Shown piece by piece: positions 47,498 to 57,773 of a DNA stretch of 64,000 bases. The notes beneath the pieces were generated by a model, which was given only the letters and a program-made list of their open reading frames with translations, did no database searches and was not told the DNA's origin. The position numbers and the translations under genes were made by a program. Position 1 is the stretch's first letter; each line of letters begins with the position of its first letter. Source of the stretch: Candidatus Babeliales bacterium (GTDB lineage: Bacteria; Babelota; Babeliae; Babelales; JBFXEV01); assembly GCA_050179755.1 (NCBI GenBank), contig JBFXEV010000001.1, positions 457,994 through 521,993 of the forward strand, given 5' to 3'.

Positions 47498-48703
47498 GAG
47501 TTGATTATATTTAGAAAGTCGTTCGCCCCGAGAGCAACCACCAGATTTAAACTGGCCCGCGCTCGTGCCCACTGAAAGGTCTGCGATAAACGTGTCTTCC
47601 GTTTCGCCAGAACGATGCGATACTATGGTACCCATACCATATTGTTGGCATAAGCCAATCGATTGGATTGCTTCGGTAACAGTGCCTATTTGATTTGGTT
47701 TAATAATTGCAGCGTTGGCAAGTTGCAATTCAATGCCCTCTGCAATACGCTCTGGATCAGTTGCAAATAGATCATCACCAACAATTTGAATTTTTTCGCC
47801 AAGACGTGCGGTCATGCGCTGCCACCCTTCTTTATCATGAAAGGCAAGACCATCTTCTATAGAATAGATTGGATAATTTTTAAGAAGCTTTGCATAAATA
47901 TCTATCATTTGATCAGCAGTATATTTTTTATCGCCCCATTGATATTTTTCAGACTTTGCATCATAGAGCGTTGTTGCAGCAACATCAAGTGCTATATGGA
48001 ACTCATCTTCTGCATCAAGCGCAACTATTGCTTCCATGAGATAATCAAGAGCTTCTCGGGGATCTTGCACTATTGGACAAAAGCCGCCTTCATCACCAAC
48101 CAAGAGGCGCTGACCATGTGCTTCCATAACTTCTTTGAGCATATAAAAAAGCGTTACAGTAAAATCCATGCCTTGGCGCAAACTTTTGGCACCCACGGGC
48201 ATCACCAATATTTCTTGCAACGATAATCCATTATCGGCATGCAAGCCACCATTAATAAGATTAAATAAAGGATAGGGAACAGATACGGTGCTTGCTTCAC
48301 TTAGTGTTGCAATCATTTCATAAAGATCAACGCCAGCAACATGAGCTTGCGCTCGACACACCGCATAACTTACCGCAAGCAGCGTATTGGCACCAAGCTT
48401 TTCTTTATGCTCAGTGCCATCAAGTTCAATAAGACGCAAATCAGATTGCACTACGTTGGGTTCAGTTTCAAGAATTTCTGGTGCGATCGTGCGTTCAATA
48501 ACATCAATGGCTTTGTGCACACTGAGCCCGAGTAAGCGATCACCACCGTCACGTAATTCTTTCGCTTCATAATCACCGCGAGAGATTCCGCTTGCAGCTG
48601 ACCCTAATGCAACAAAATCATCTTCTAGCGTTATTTCACATTCAATGGTAGGTAAACCACGCGAATCAAAAATTTCGCGCCCTACAACCTTTTTAATCTT
48701 CAT
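47453..48703 (-). CDS. eno: Enolase
   Basis: DSRG.PT, NGGLH, GDEGGF, IEDG, VGDDL, IKPNQIG, SHRSGETED. Confidence 0.96.
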   Translation of the reverse strand: MKIKKVVGREIFDSRGLPTIECEITLEDDFVALGSAASGISRGDYEAKELRDGGDRLLGLSVHKAIDVIERTIAPEILETEPNVVQSDLRLIELDGTEHKEKLGANTLLAVSYAVCRAQAHVAGVDLYEMIATLSEASTVSVPYPLFNLINGGLHADNGLSLQEILVMPVGAKSLRQGMDFTVTLFYMLKEVMEAHGQRLLVGDEGGFCPIVQDPREALDYLMEAIVALDAEDEFHIALDVAATTLYDAKSEKYQWGDKKYTADQMIDIYAKLLKNYPIYSIEDGLAFHDKEGWQRMTARLGEKIQIVGDDLFATDPERIAEGIELQLANAAIIKPNQIGTVTEAIQSIGLCQQYGMGTIVSHRSGETEDTFIADLSVGTSAGQFKSGGCSRGERLSKYNQLLRIEDRLVFTLLDE

Positions 48704-48721
48704 TAGTACTGCTCCCTTTTC

Positions 48722-50482
48722 TTACTTTTCTAAAACCTTTAATCCATATTCACGTAGCTGCTTAGGATCGGCTTGGCTTGGAGCTTCCATCATCGCTTCT
48801 ATGCCACGCTGTGTTTTAGGAAACGCAATGACTTCACGGATGGACTTACTCCCTGTTAATAACATTAATACACGATCAAGGCCAAAAGCAATACCCCCGA
48901 GCGGAGGAAAGCCCAACTCCTGAGATTCCAACAAGAAGCCAAACTTATTTTGCACTTCTTCATTTGAAAGACCCAAGAAATCAAATACTTTTTGTTGCAT
49001 GTCGCGGTGATAAATACGAATCGAACCACCACCAAGCTCCACGCCGTTAAGCACTAAGTCATAAGCGCGCGCTTTCATGTCAGCAGGTTGTTGTGACTCC
49101 CAACCTTGTTGCGGCGCAGTAAACGGATGATGCACTGCAGACCAACTCTTGGTATCTTCGTTGTATTCTAAAAGTGGAAAATCTGTAACCCACAAGAAGT
49201 TAAACTGATCTTCAGGAATCATGTTTAGTTCTTTTGCAATATCAATGCGTAGTCTGCCAAGCAAAGTCCATGCAGCAGCATAAGGGCCTGCAATAACAAA
49301 AAGCGTATCTCCAACGGCAAGCGTGGGGATATTTTTTTGTAACCGAACAAAAAAGTCTGTTGGTAAAAATTTAGATACGGGCGAATCAACTTGGCCATTT
49401 TCTTGCACACGCATCCACAATAAACCTTTTGCACCAAATTGTTGCGCCTTATCAACCCAACTATCAAGTTCTGAGCGCGTAAATTTGTGCGCTGGCACAT
49501 GCACACAGCCCACTTTGCCACCGGCATCGAGCACCGCACGCATAAATTTTAATTCTGTACCTTCAAACGCCGATGAAATATCTTTTAAGCGTAAATCAAA
49601 ACGCGTATCCGGTTTGTCAGAACCATAATCTGCAAGCGCTTGATCAAACGTCATACGTGGCACTGCAACAGGAAACTGCTTATTCAGCACTTTTTTAAAG
49701 ACGTACGTATATAAACCTTCAACAAGTTTTTGAATGTCAGATTCATCAACAAATGCCATTTCCATATCAAGCTGTGTAAACTCTGGCTGACGATCAGCAC
49801 GCGTATCTTCGTCGCGGAAACAACGCGCAATCTGGAAATATTTATCAAGGCCAGCTGCCATTAACAACTGCTTATAAAGCTGAGGCGATTGCGGCAATGC
49901 ATATACGTGCCCCGCTTTAATGCGAGAAGGCACCAAGAATTCACGCGCACCTTCTGGCGTATTTTTGGTAAGTATGGGTGTTTCAATTTCATAAAAGCCT
50001 TGCTCATGCAAATATTCGCGCATAGCAAAACAAATTTTATCTCGCAAGATAAGCTTTTCTAGCATTTCAGGTCGGCGCAAATCAAGGTATCTATACTTAA
50101 GACGCACTTCTTCATCAACCGTTGCTGCTTCACTGAGCATAAATGGCAATGTTTTTGCTGTATTTAAAACTTTTAATTTAGTAACTTGCAGCTCAAAGGC
50201 ACCGGTAGGCAAATCTGCATTAACTGTTTCTGGGCTGCGTTTCACTACTTTGCCCTCTACTTCAATCACATACTCAGAACGTAACGTATGAGCCAAGTCA
50301 TGTGCTTCTTTAGAAATATCAGGATTAAACACAAGCTGCATGATACCCGCGCGGTCACGAATATCAATAAAAATAAGACCGCCATGGTCTCGGCGTTTAT
50401 TCACCCAACCGGCAAGTTGAATGGTTTTGCCAAGATCACCAGCTGACACGTTACCACAATACATTGTTCTATAAAGAGCCAT
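48722..50482 (-). CDS. aspS: Aspartate-tRNA ligase (possibly non-discriminating)
   Basis: RRDHGG, RLKYRYLDLRR, LPQSPQ, FRDED.RADRQPEFTQLD, HHPFT, GGIAFGLDR; GAD insert. Confidence 0.96.
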   Translation of the reverse strand: MALYRTMYCGNVSAGDLGKTIQLAGWVNKRRDHGGLIFIDIRDRAGIMQLVFNPDISKEAHDLAHTLRSEYVIEVEGKVVKRSPETVNADLPTGAFELQVTKLKVLNTAKTLPFMLSEAATVDEEVRLKYRYLDLRRPEMLEKLILRDKICFAMREYLHEQGFYEIETPILTKNTPEGAREFLVPSRIKAGHVYALPQSPQLYKQLLMAAGLDKYFQIARCFRDEDTRADRQPEFTQLDMEMAFVDESDIQKLVEGLYTYVFKKVLNKQFPVAVPRMTFDQALADYGSDKPDTRFDLRLKDISSAFEGTELKFMRAVLDAGGKVGCVHVPAHKFTRSELDSWVDKAQQFGAKGLLWMRVQENGQVDSPVSKFLPTDFFVRLQKNIPTLAVGDTLFVIAGPYAAAWTLLGRLRIDIAKELNMIPEDQFNFLWVTDFPLLEYNEDTKSWSAVHHPFTAPQQGWESQQPADMKARAYDLVLNGVELGGGSIRIYHRDMQQKVFDFLGLSNEEVQNKFGFLLESQELGFPPLGGIAFGLDRVLMLLTGSKSIREVIAFPKTQRGIEAMMEAPSQADPKQLREYGLKVLEK

Positions 50483-50595
50483 ACAAGTTCCTTGTTCACA
50501 CGAATACGAGCTGTGCTTGCGCGTTTTTAGAATATTAAGCACAAGCGTTTTAAGTCACCCGTCTAGTGTAGCACAGAGAGCCTAAAAGCTCTAGA

Positions 50596-51330
50596 TTAAA
50601 ATGGAGGAATGCCCGCGAATGGGTTTTTTTTATCAAGTACATTTTGCACTATCATGGTGCATGTGGGCTTATGACGCTCAATAAGCCCTTCTGGAATTAG
50701 TGCATCAACCAAGCTTTGAAGCTGCTGTATTTGGTCTGCTGGCGCATTCTGTTTTTTAAAGAAATTTAAGGTGTTAAGTGCCCCAGTATAAGCCGTATAA
50801 CTTGCAGCCATTTCTCTCCAATTAAGCAATTGTTGTGCGCGCTCAAGGCGATAGCCTGCAATTTCCGCAGCTGTTTTACCGTCTGTTGATTGGCCATACG
50901 TAGGTAATGCAAGCCCACTTAACAGATTCTTTAACGGGAAAAATCCCTTTTCAGGGTCTTTTACATAATGACTTTGCAATACTATCCAGTGAAAAAATGT
51001 TCTCTTAAGAAATGTATGAGTTGAGTCTATTTGCGCTCCAGTCAATAAAGCAGTGGCCACCAAATCAGATGAAAAAACTTCTTGAAGAATTGCTTCAAGC
51101 GGATACACCCCGCCTGTTCCTTGAATATTTTCGCTACTATTAAGCTCGGCTCCCTTTTCTACAAAAGGCCAAAGGCCCGTTATATCACCAGTTTGTGCAG
51201 CATGTTCCCATGCTTGATTAAAAGTTATTTGTTTAACTGCTGGCTGATTTGACGCACTATCCATGCCGCATGCAAAAGGCATCATGCCTAAAGAATAAGT
51301 TAGCACAGTTACTTGTAATGTTTTATTCAT
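50596..51330 (-). CDS. Secreted protein with degenerate ankyrin repeats
   Basis: Signal ACG-MD; VEKGAELN, YPLEA, LLTGAQID, DGKTAAEIA. Confidence 0.65.
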   Translation of the reverse strand: MNKTLQVTVLTYSLGMMPFACGMDSASNQPAVKQITFNQAWEHAAQTGDITGLWPFVEKGAELNSSENIQGTGGVYPLEAILQEVFSSDLVATALLTGAQIDSTHTFLKRTFFHWIVLQSHYVKDPEKGFFPLKNLLSGLALPTYGQSTDGKTAAEIAGYRLERAQQLLNWREMAASYTAYTGALNTLNFFKKQNAPADQIQQLQSLVDALIPEGLIERHKPTCTMIVQNVLDKKNPFAGIPPF

Positions 51331-51416
51331 AATCTATCTGCTTTGTTTTTAGTTGAACCATCACACAAATCGTGCTTAGTTTAGCACAAGGATAAATAGT
51401 TGATAGCAAAAAATAA

Positions 51417-51443
51417 CCCTTAAGTATGTTACGTACTTAAGGG
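51417..51443 (-). terminator. Intrinsic terminator
   Basis: CCCTTAAGTA-loop-TACTTAAGGG followed by a T-rich tract on the minus strand. Confidence 0.7.
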
Positions 51444-51468
51444 CTCATAACCAATTTGCTAACGAAAA

Positions 51469-52083
51469 TTACTGGCCGAGTGCTTTTCTTAAAGCCTCAA
51501 GCCCGGCTTGCTTTTGATACCTTTGCGCCATTTCATAAATTGTTTGACCATCAGCATCACGAACATTTGGATCAGCACCAGCTTCTATTAGCGCTTCAAT
51601 TTCACTTGCATTTTCATTATACACCGCTTGGAATAATGGTGTTTGTTTAAGCGCATTTTGCATATCAACTGGCGTACCAGATTGGGCAAGGAATCTAATA
51701 ATATCGCCGTTGCGTTCAGTAAGAACCGCCAAGTGCATTAACGTTGAACCATCATCAAATACTACTGCGGCGTCAGCGCCGGCATCAACAAGCTCTTTAA
51801 TAATACTTACATCGCTACCAGTCCCATTTGAGACAGGAAATGATAGTGGCGTAATAAAACCTATTTGCGGCCCTTCAGGTTGTGTGGTATAAGGCACTTC
51901 ATAGCGCTTATTTACATCAGCACCCTGCTCTATAAGATCACGCACTGTTGATAAAGAGGCCTTATCTTTTAACGCAACACGCAACTCCTCATCTAATTGA
52001 TCTTGCGTTTTTTCTTCTGGTTCCATGCATCCTGCAAGAAAAATACCGCCAATCAACGTTAAAAAAACAATACTTTTTTTCAT
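51469..52083 (-). CDS. Ankyrin-repeat lipoprotein
   Basis: Lipobox LAGC; GADVN, QTPLFQAV, LIEAGADPN. Confidence 0.88.
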   Translation of the reverse strand: MKKSIVFLTLIGGIFLAGCMEPEEKTQDQLDEELRVALKDKASLSTVRDLIEQGADVNKRYEVPYTTQPEGPQIGFITPLSFPVSNGTGSDVSIIKELVDAGADAAVVFDDGSTLMHLAVLTERNGDIIRFLAQSGTPVDMQNALKQTPLFQAVYNENASEIEALIEAGADPNVRDADGQTIYEMAQRYQKQAGLEALRKALGQ

Positions 52084-52392
52084 AAGTACTCCTTGGGATT
52101 GTTACATGATCTCTCATGAGAATCATCTCATATCTAGAAGATACTTAAATTGGAAATGAAAATGCTAGAGTTTATGCACTTCTTTATTGAACTCAAAACT
52201 TAAAGGGGTCATTGCCAAGTATCATATTCTTAATAAGGCGTGTGCAATCTGGCATAGTGCGCTCAATAAATCATTTGGCTCCAAAGCCTCAATCATTTTT
52301 TATGCATCTTTAATTTCCCCCAGTTTTTAGTACGCTACCCCATTTGCTAAATCACGTAACTCTTGGCACCTTTAAATTACACAGGAGACATT

Positions 52393-53874
52393 ATGAAATC
52401 AATAACTTTAATCTTCCCTCATCAACTTTTTACTGATCATCCCGCTTTAGCCGCTGATCGGCCTGTCTATCTGGTTGAACTTGCATATTTCTTTACGCGC
52501 TACAAATTTCATAAACATAAACTTATTCTGCACCGTGCGAGCATGCAAGATTACGCGCAAAGCCTTCAAAGGCAAGGTTATAACGTTACCTATTTTGAAT
52601 ATAACGACGCGCCTACTATCACCTCTTTAATAAACAAGCTCTCTAAAAACAATATAAGGGAACTACATTATACCGAACTTATTGAAACTGAATTAATAGA
52701 TGAATTACTTATAACCGCCAGCAAACAAGATCTTGAACTTTTTGCATATGAGTCACCTTACTTTATGTCAGACAGAAAGCTTCTTGAAGAGTTTTTTAAA
52801 CCTCAAAAGAAACAATATCTCATGGCATCTTTTTATCGCAAGCAACGTATTTCCTTAGACATCTTAGTGACCAAGGCAGGTAAACCTATAGGAGGATCAT
52901 GGAGTTATGACGCGCTTAATCGAGAGCGACTCAAAAATAATGTAGCGGCCCCCCGCGTGCCCCGAATAACCAAAACAGAATTTGTTAAAAATGCAATCAC
53001 CTGGGTAGATTTAAAATTTGCTGATAATCCGGGAAAGAGTGCAACCTTTTTGTATCCGACAAATCATAAGCAGGCGCAAGCTTGGCTTAAAAACTTTATC
53101 GAAAAAAGATTCGCCTTATTTGGACCTTACCAAGACGCGATAGATAAAGAAAACTCTGTGTTATTTCATTCAGTACTTACGCCGATTTTAAACATTGGCC
53201 TTCTTACACCCCGTCACATTATTGATACTGCACTTGCCTATACATATAAGCACAAGGTGCCCCTACAAAGTACAGAGGGCTTTATCCGCCAAATTATTGG
53301 CTGGCGGGAATACATGTATGGCATGTACTTGTTCCACGGCAAAAAGCAAAAGAAAAGTAATTTCTTTAAACACACGCGCTCTATCCCTAAATCTTTCTGG
53401 AACGGCGCAACCGGCATTATGCCGCTCGACCAGACCATTCAAAAAGTAGTTGCCGATTCATATGCTCATCATATAGAGCGCCTTATGGTTTTAGGCAACT
53501 TTATGCTTTTATGCCAGTTTAACCCACAGCAAGTCTATGACTGGTTTATGGAACTTTTTGTCGACGCATATGATTGGGTGATGACACCAAATGTATTTGG
53601 AATGAGTCAATATGCAGACGGTGGCCTTATTGCTACAAAACCATATATTTGTGGCTCAAACTATATACTTAAGATGAGCAATTACCAAAAAGGCGCGTGG
53701 TGTAAACAATGGGATGCTCTTTTTTGGCACTTTATTGATACCAATATCAAAACGTTTTCATCTAATTCACGCTGCGCATTCATGGTACGTTCCTTAGAAC
53801 GCATGAATACGAAAAAGCGTCAGGAGCATACTGCATGCGCCCGACGCTTTTTAAAATTAATAACTAAGCAGTAG
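52393..53874 (+). CDS. Cryptochrome/photolyase of the PhrB/CryB class (prokaryotic 6-4 photolyase)
   Basis: FPHQLF, FHKHKL, GGSWSYD..NR, FGPYQDA, EGFIRQIIGWREY, YAHHIERLM, DAYDWVM.PNV.GM. Confidence 0.9.
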   Translation: MKSITLIFPHQLFTDHPALAADRPVYLVELAYFFTRYKFHKHKLILHRASMQDYAQSLQRQGYNVTYFEYNDAPTITSLINKLSKNNIRELHYTELIETELIDELLITASKQDLELFAYESPYFMSDRKLLEEFFKPQKKQYLMASFYRKQRISLDILVTKAGKPIGGSWSYDALNRERLKNNVAAPRVPRITKTEFVKNAITWVDLKFADNPGKSATFLYPTNHKQAQAWLKNFIEKRFALFGPYQDAIDKENSVLFHSVLTPILNIGLLTPRHIIDTALAYTYKHKVPLQSTEGFIRQIIGWREYMYGMYLFHGKKQKKSNFFKHTRSIPKSFWNGATGIMPLDQTIQKVVADSYAHHIERLMVLGNFMLLCQFNPQQVYDWFMELFVDAYDWVMTPNVFGMSQYADGGLIATKPYICGSNYILKMSNYQKGAWCKQWDALFWHFIDTNIKTFSSNSRCAFMVRSLERMNTKKRQEHTACARRFLKLITKQ

Positions 53875-53945
53875 CGGCTTGAGTCTAGAAACCGCCCGTT
53901 GCATTAACATGTTTGCGCGGTCAAGATGAACCGGATTCTAAGAAA

Positions 53946-56090
53946 TTAGAATTTAGCTTCCATACCAATGTTAATAGTCCATGCAACATCAGTGCCAAGA
54001 AGTGGCAATAAATCTAAATCAAAGCCTGTTTTATCAGCACGATCAAGAATGCGTTGTTGCTCAGCATTCAATGGTTTACCTCTAATGTCTTTGTAATGCC
54101 CACCCGGTATAAATACAGAACCCACTGCAAACATAGAAAAGTCTTTAAACAATGCCGTATCAACAAAACAGTTCACTTCAGTGCCAAGATATGCACGCGC
54201 AAATCTCGTGGGCGAAGACTGCCCTGTCACACGATCAAACGCCTTAGTGCGGTGTTGCTGCCAATAACCAAGAAGATTTGGTTTTACTTGAAAATACCTG
54301 CCACCACAACACGGCTTCCAATCAAGGCCAGTACCAACATATGCTATGTTAGTAAAGTTAGACGTTTGTGATGGTATCGTATCATTAGTCACACCAGGTC
54401 GTGGAGTGGAAAGTGGTCGCGGCAAACGGCCTGCTCCACCAAGCAAGAATACGCTTTTCACGCGATTACCGGTATAAATTTCTTGTAAACCAATGAATCC
54501 TTTATAATTACCATCTTTACGACTATCGTTTGGATCTTCTAAATCCTTGTTTGGATCTTCATCGCCAGATGCAATACCCGTTTCTACTGCAAGCTTAAGA
54601 TCGTCACACGATTCAAACGTATATGCAGCATCAATTACAAACATCCAACCATCAAACTTATTGCGATAGTCATTACGGAATCTATCCAAATCATTATAAA
54701 GCTGTGGCGTGGTGCCAGGAATTGGCAAACCGTTATTTGCTAATGCTATTTGCACGTCTTCAATTGCTTTTTGATTTGGCGAATTTGGTACAAAAATTGC
54801 TTTAGTGGTTCTAGCGCCAGAACGCGGGTCTTCATTCACCACGCGGCTATTAACCTCAAACACGCCGCCATTAATAATTGCGGTAGTCGGCACACCACTT
54901 ATGATCACACTATCAGCAGCACCCGCATTGGTATTTTGTAGTTGCACTCTATTGCGATCCCACCCACGCACGTGCTGAGAGCCAGCGTTAAACGCACCAT
55001 CAAAGCCCCATTCAAAATTACCAAAAGCAAATTCCCCTGCACACCCAAACGTTGCAAGCTTGGCAGAAGAATCGCCTATAAACTCAAGGCGAAGTTCTGG
55101 GCTATTGTTATACATTACATACGGTTCATATGAAATAGTTATATCATCATTATCAATTGGCACCCATTTCAAGCGACCTGCAATCACGTAATCAACGCGG
55201 CCTGGTCCACGTTCTGGGTTCAAGCGATGCCCTAGCTCTTGTGCACGAATTTTGGCAGTTGTAGTACGAAACGAATCCATTTGATCTTGTAAAATAGCAC
55301 CATACAAGTCATACGCTAATATATCTTCTACAAATTCACCAGAAAAGTTATATCCATAGGCAAACTGATCAATGGTATTATCTGAGAAAAAGCCAAGCAC
55401 GCCTTGGTTAACCGCATATGCAGCACCCAATGAAATACCCCGACCCAATTGGAACGGGAATGATCCTAACGTAAACGTATGTTGATTTCTAAATGAAAGA
55501 CCCAACGCGTCATTAATATTAAAGCGCACCCAAACTTCACGAATCCACGGGAATTGCCGAGCGAGCGTATGATTATGCGGGCCTGTTAAACTATTTACTA
55601 TTTTTACTTCATCATTGCTGGTGCCTAACGTACCTTGCGCATTACCCCATAACGCTTTAGAACGCCATGTCATAAAAAATTCTAAAGCTTCGTGCCCATA
55701 GCATGCTTTGCCATATTCAAGCGCAAAGTTAATATCTAATGTTGAGCGCGAGAAAAAAACACGATCTGCTCGAACATTATTGTTAAGCAAATTAATGTTT
55801 TTACCAAAAAATGATTCTGGTTTAAATTTTATTTTTACAAAGCCGCGCATATTGCCAAGATCAAAACTCAATTGCTCGCGCGTATAATCAGCATCAGGAA
55901 CATCTACAGAAGGATTTGTCGCTTGAATAGAAATTTCGCGCGTATATAAATCAGACGTTCCTGGTATTTCCAGTAAATCTGATTCCATAGCAACTTGTTT
56001 TTGGCCACCCAATTCAATTGAAGGTTCACCGGCAATCGCTATTCCTGCTGTACACGCAAGAATAATCAATAGCCTAATTTTGGAAAACAT
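53946..56090 (-). CDS. Outer-membrane beta-barrel protein (alginate-export-like)
   Basis: Signal peptide, amphipathic beta-strands, ASGD, YLGTEVN, terminal Phe. Confidence 0.7.
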   Translation of the reverse strand: MFSKIRLLIILACTAGIAIAGEPSIELGGQKQVAMESDLLEIPGTSDLYTREISIQATNPSVDVPDADYTREQLSFDLGNMRGFVKIKFKPESFFGKNINLLNNNVRADRVFFSRSTLDINFALEYGKACYGHEALEFFMTWRSKALWGNAQGTLGTSNDEVKIVNSLTGPHNHTLARQFPWIREVWVRFNINDALGLSFRNQHTFTLGSFPFQLGRGISLGAAYAVNQGVLGFFSDNTIDQFAYGYNFSGEFVEDILAYDLYGAILQDQMDSFRTTTAKIRAQELGHRLNPERGPGRVDYVIAGRLKWVPIDNDDITISYEPYVMYNNSPELRLEFIGDSSAKLATFGCAGEFAFGNFEWGFDGAFNAGSQHVRGWDRNRVQLQNTNAGAADSVIISGVPTTAIINGGVFEVNSRVVNEDPRSGARTTKAIFVPNSPNQKAIEDVQIALANNGLPIPGTTPQLYNDLDRFRNDYRNKFDGWMFVIDAAYTFESCDDLKLAVETGIASGDEDPNKDLEDPNDSRKDGNYKGFIGLQEIYTGNRVKSVFLLGGAGRLPRPLSTPRPGVTNDTIPSQTSNFTNIAYVGTGLDWKPCCGGRYFQVKPNLLGYWQQHRTKAFDRVTGQSSPTRFARAYLGTEVNCFVDTALFKDFSMFAVGSVFIPGGHYKDIRGKPLNAEQQRILDRADKTGFDLDLLPLLGTDVAWTINIGMEAKF

Positions 56091-56396
56091 GAAGTCTCCT
56101 CTCTTAACGAAAAATAAATATCAATTTTTTAAACAACTCTGCTGCATGCTACACTCGTTTTTTGAAAGGAAATTGGTGAGATGATAAAGGTTAGACAAGC
56201 TTTGAATCTACTAGTACTGCAATATTTGTCAACAAAAGCTAAAGTAAAAGTTATTATTTTTTTGTATTATGTGCAACAATACCATGTTAAACTAAAGAAA
56301 TTACACAAAATCATTCGCTCAAAACCCTTGATATGTTCACTTTGTAAAACATTCAAGGAGAGCGCTTTTAAATGCTTTTTAATCAGGAAAACCTTT

Positions 56397-57284
56397 ATGA
56401 CAACTTCATCACAAAAACGCCTCGTGCTTGGTGCACATATATCTGGCGCTGGCCATCTTTCATATGCCTTGGATCGTGCAGAATCAATTGGCTGCACCAC
56501 TATGCAAATATTTAGCAAAAGCAATAGGCAATGGTATGCAAAGCAAATTGAACAGGCTGATGCACAACAATTTATAGAACGCAGCAAAAATTCACCCGTA
56601 CGCCCTGTTGCCGTACATGCAAGTTATATTATTAATATAGGAGCAGAAAATCCCGAAATTGAACAAAAATCAATTGCCGCCCTCAAAGAAGAAGTTGCGC
56701 GTTGCGAGCAACTTACTATCCCCTATTTAGTATTACATCCTGGCTCTGCGGGCAGCCAAACCGAAACGCAATGCTTAGAGCGTATTGCCAAAAATCTTTC
56801 AAATGTGCTAGAAATAAGCGGATCAACAATAATCTGCCTTGAAAATATGGCAGGCCAAGGAACAATTGTAGGCCACACCTTTGAACAACTTAAATTTATA
56901 CGCGATAGTGTGCCACAAAAAAACCGTATTGGCTTTTGTTTTGACACGTGCCACGCCTTTGCAGCAGGTTACGATTTGCGCACTTCAGAAACTTACCAAG
57001 CTACCATGCAACGATTTGATGCCATTTTAAGACTGGACAATCTTAAAATCATGCATTTAAATGACTCCAAAAAAGGCCTTGGTTCGCGTGTGGACCGCCA
57101 TGAAAACATTGGCAAGGGGTTGCTTGGCCTAGAAGCTTTTCGCTGCATTATGAATGATCCTCGCCTTTTTGATGTTGCAAAGATACTGGAGATTCCCGAT
57201 GACAACTTGCCTGGCTATGCTGCAAATATGGCGGTGCTTAAGGAATTATTAACGGACGAGACTAAAAAATTCCTACATATATAA
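56397..57284 (+). CDS. nfo: Endonuclease IV
   Basis: GAHIS, HASYIIN, LHPGS, LENMAGQG, CFDTCHAFAAGYD, HLNDSK, DRHENIG. Confidence 0.95.
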   Translation: MTTSSQKRLVLGAHISGAGHLSYALDRAESIGCTTMQIFSKSNRQWYAKQIEQADAQQFIERSKNSPVRPVAVHASYIINIGAENPEIEQKSIAALKEEVARCEQLTIPYLVLHPGSAGSQTETQCLERIAKNLSNVLEISGSTIICLENMAGQGTIVGHTFEQLKFIRDSVPQKNRIGFCFDTCHAFAAGYDLRTSETYQATMQRFDAILRLDNLKIMHLNDSKKGLGSRVDRHENIGKGLLGLEAFRCIMNDPRLFDVAKILEIPDDNLPGYAANMAVLKELLTDETKKFLHI

Positions 57285-57324
57285 ATTTTTATGAAGAAAA
57301 AAGCTCATGCCGAGTGTTCTACAA

Positions 57325-57400
57325 AGCCCCTTTAGGGCCAAGCAGAATGTATCGAGGCACAGCCGAAGTTTTTTAGAATCACTTGGGGTGAGCGGAGAAT
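57325..57400. repeat. Degenerate REP-like element
   Basis: AATGTATCGAGG (reverse complement CCTCGATACATT) and GGGTGAGCGG match the 33941 element. Confidence 0.4.
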
Positions 57401-57773
57401 CAATAGGTATCAGGAGATACGAGTGGTGAAGTAATAGCCTCGCCTTTGTAGCTAAGAAGGAATTGTAGTATTTCCTCAAGAACGTAAGCTATTACTTCCC
57501 CCCATATAAAGCAGCGCTTCTAACCATACCATCAAGAACTCATCACAGGAGATGGATATGCGGCATATTTAAGAATTATGCCAAGGAGCTCTATCAATGT
57601 TGCGCAAATTAGAATAAAAGACAACAAAATTTTTTTCATTAAAATCGCAACAACGCACAAAGCCCTAAATAAAGGCGTTTTCTTTATTGTAACGCTGCTT
57701 TCAACAAAAAACAACAAAAAAGCAACAAAATAATGGTTTTGAGGCTATAATTGTGCAAGAATGCAAGATTTGG

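Noticed and set aside
57532..57717. 61-aa hydrophobic ORF
   Set aside because: Low-complexity AT-rich sequence with no clear RBS or motif; not supportable.
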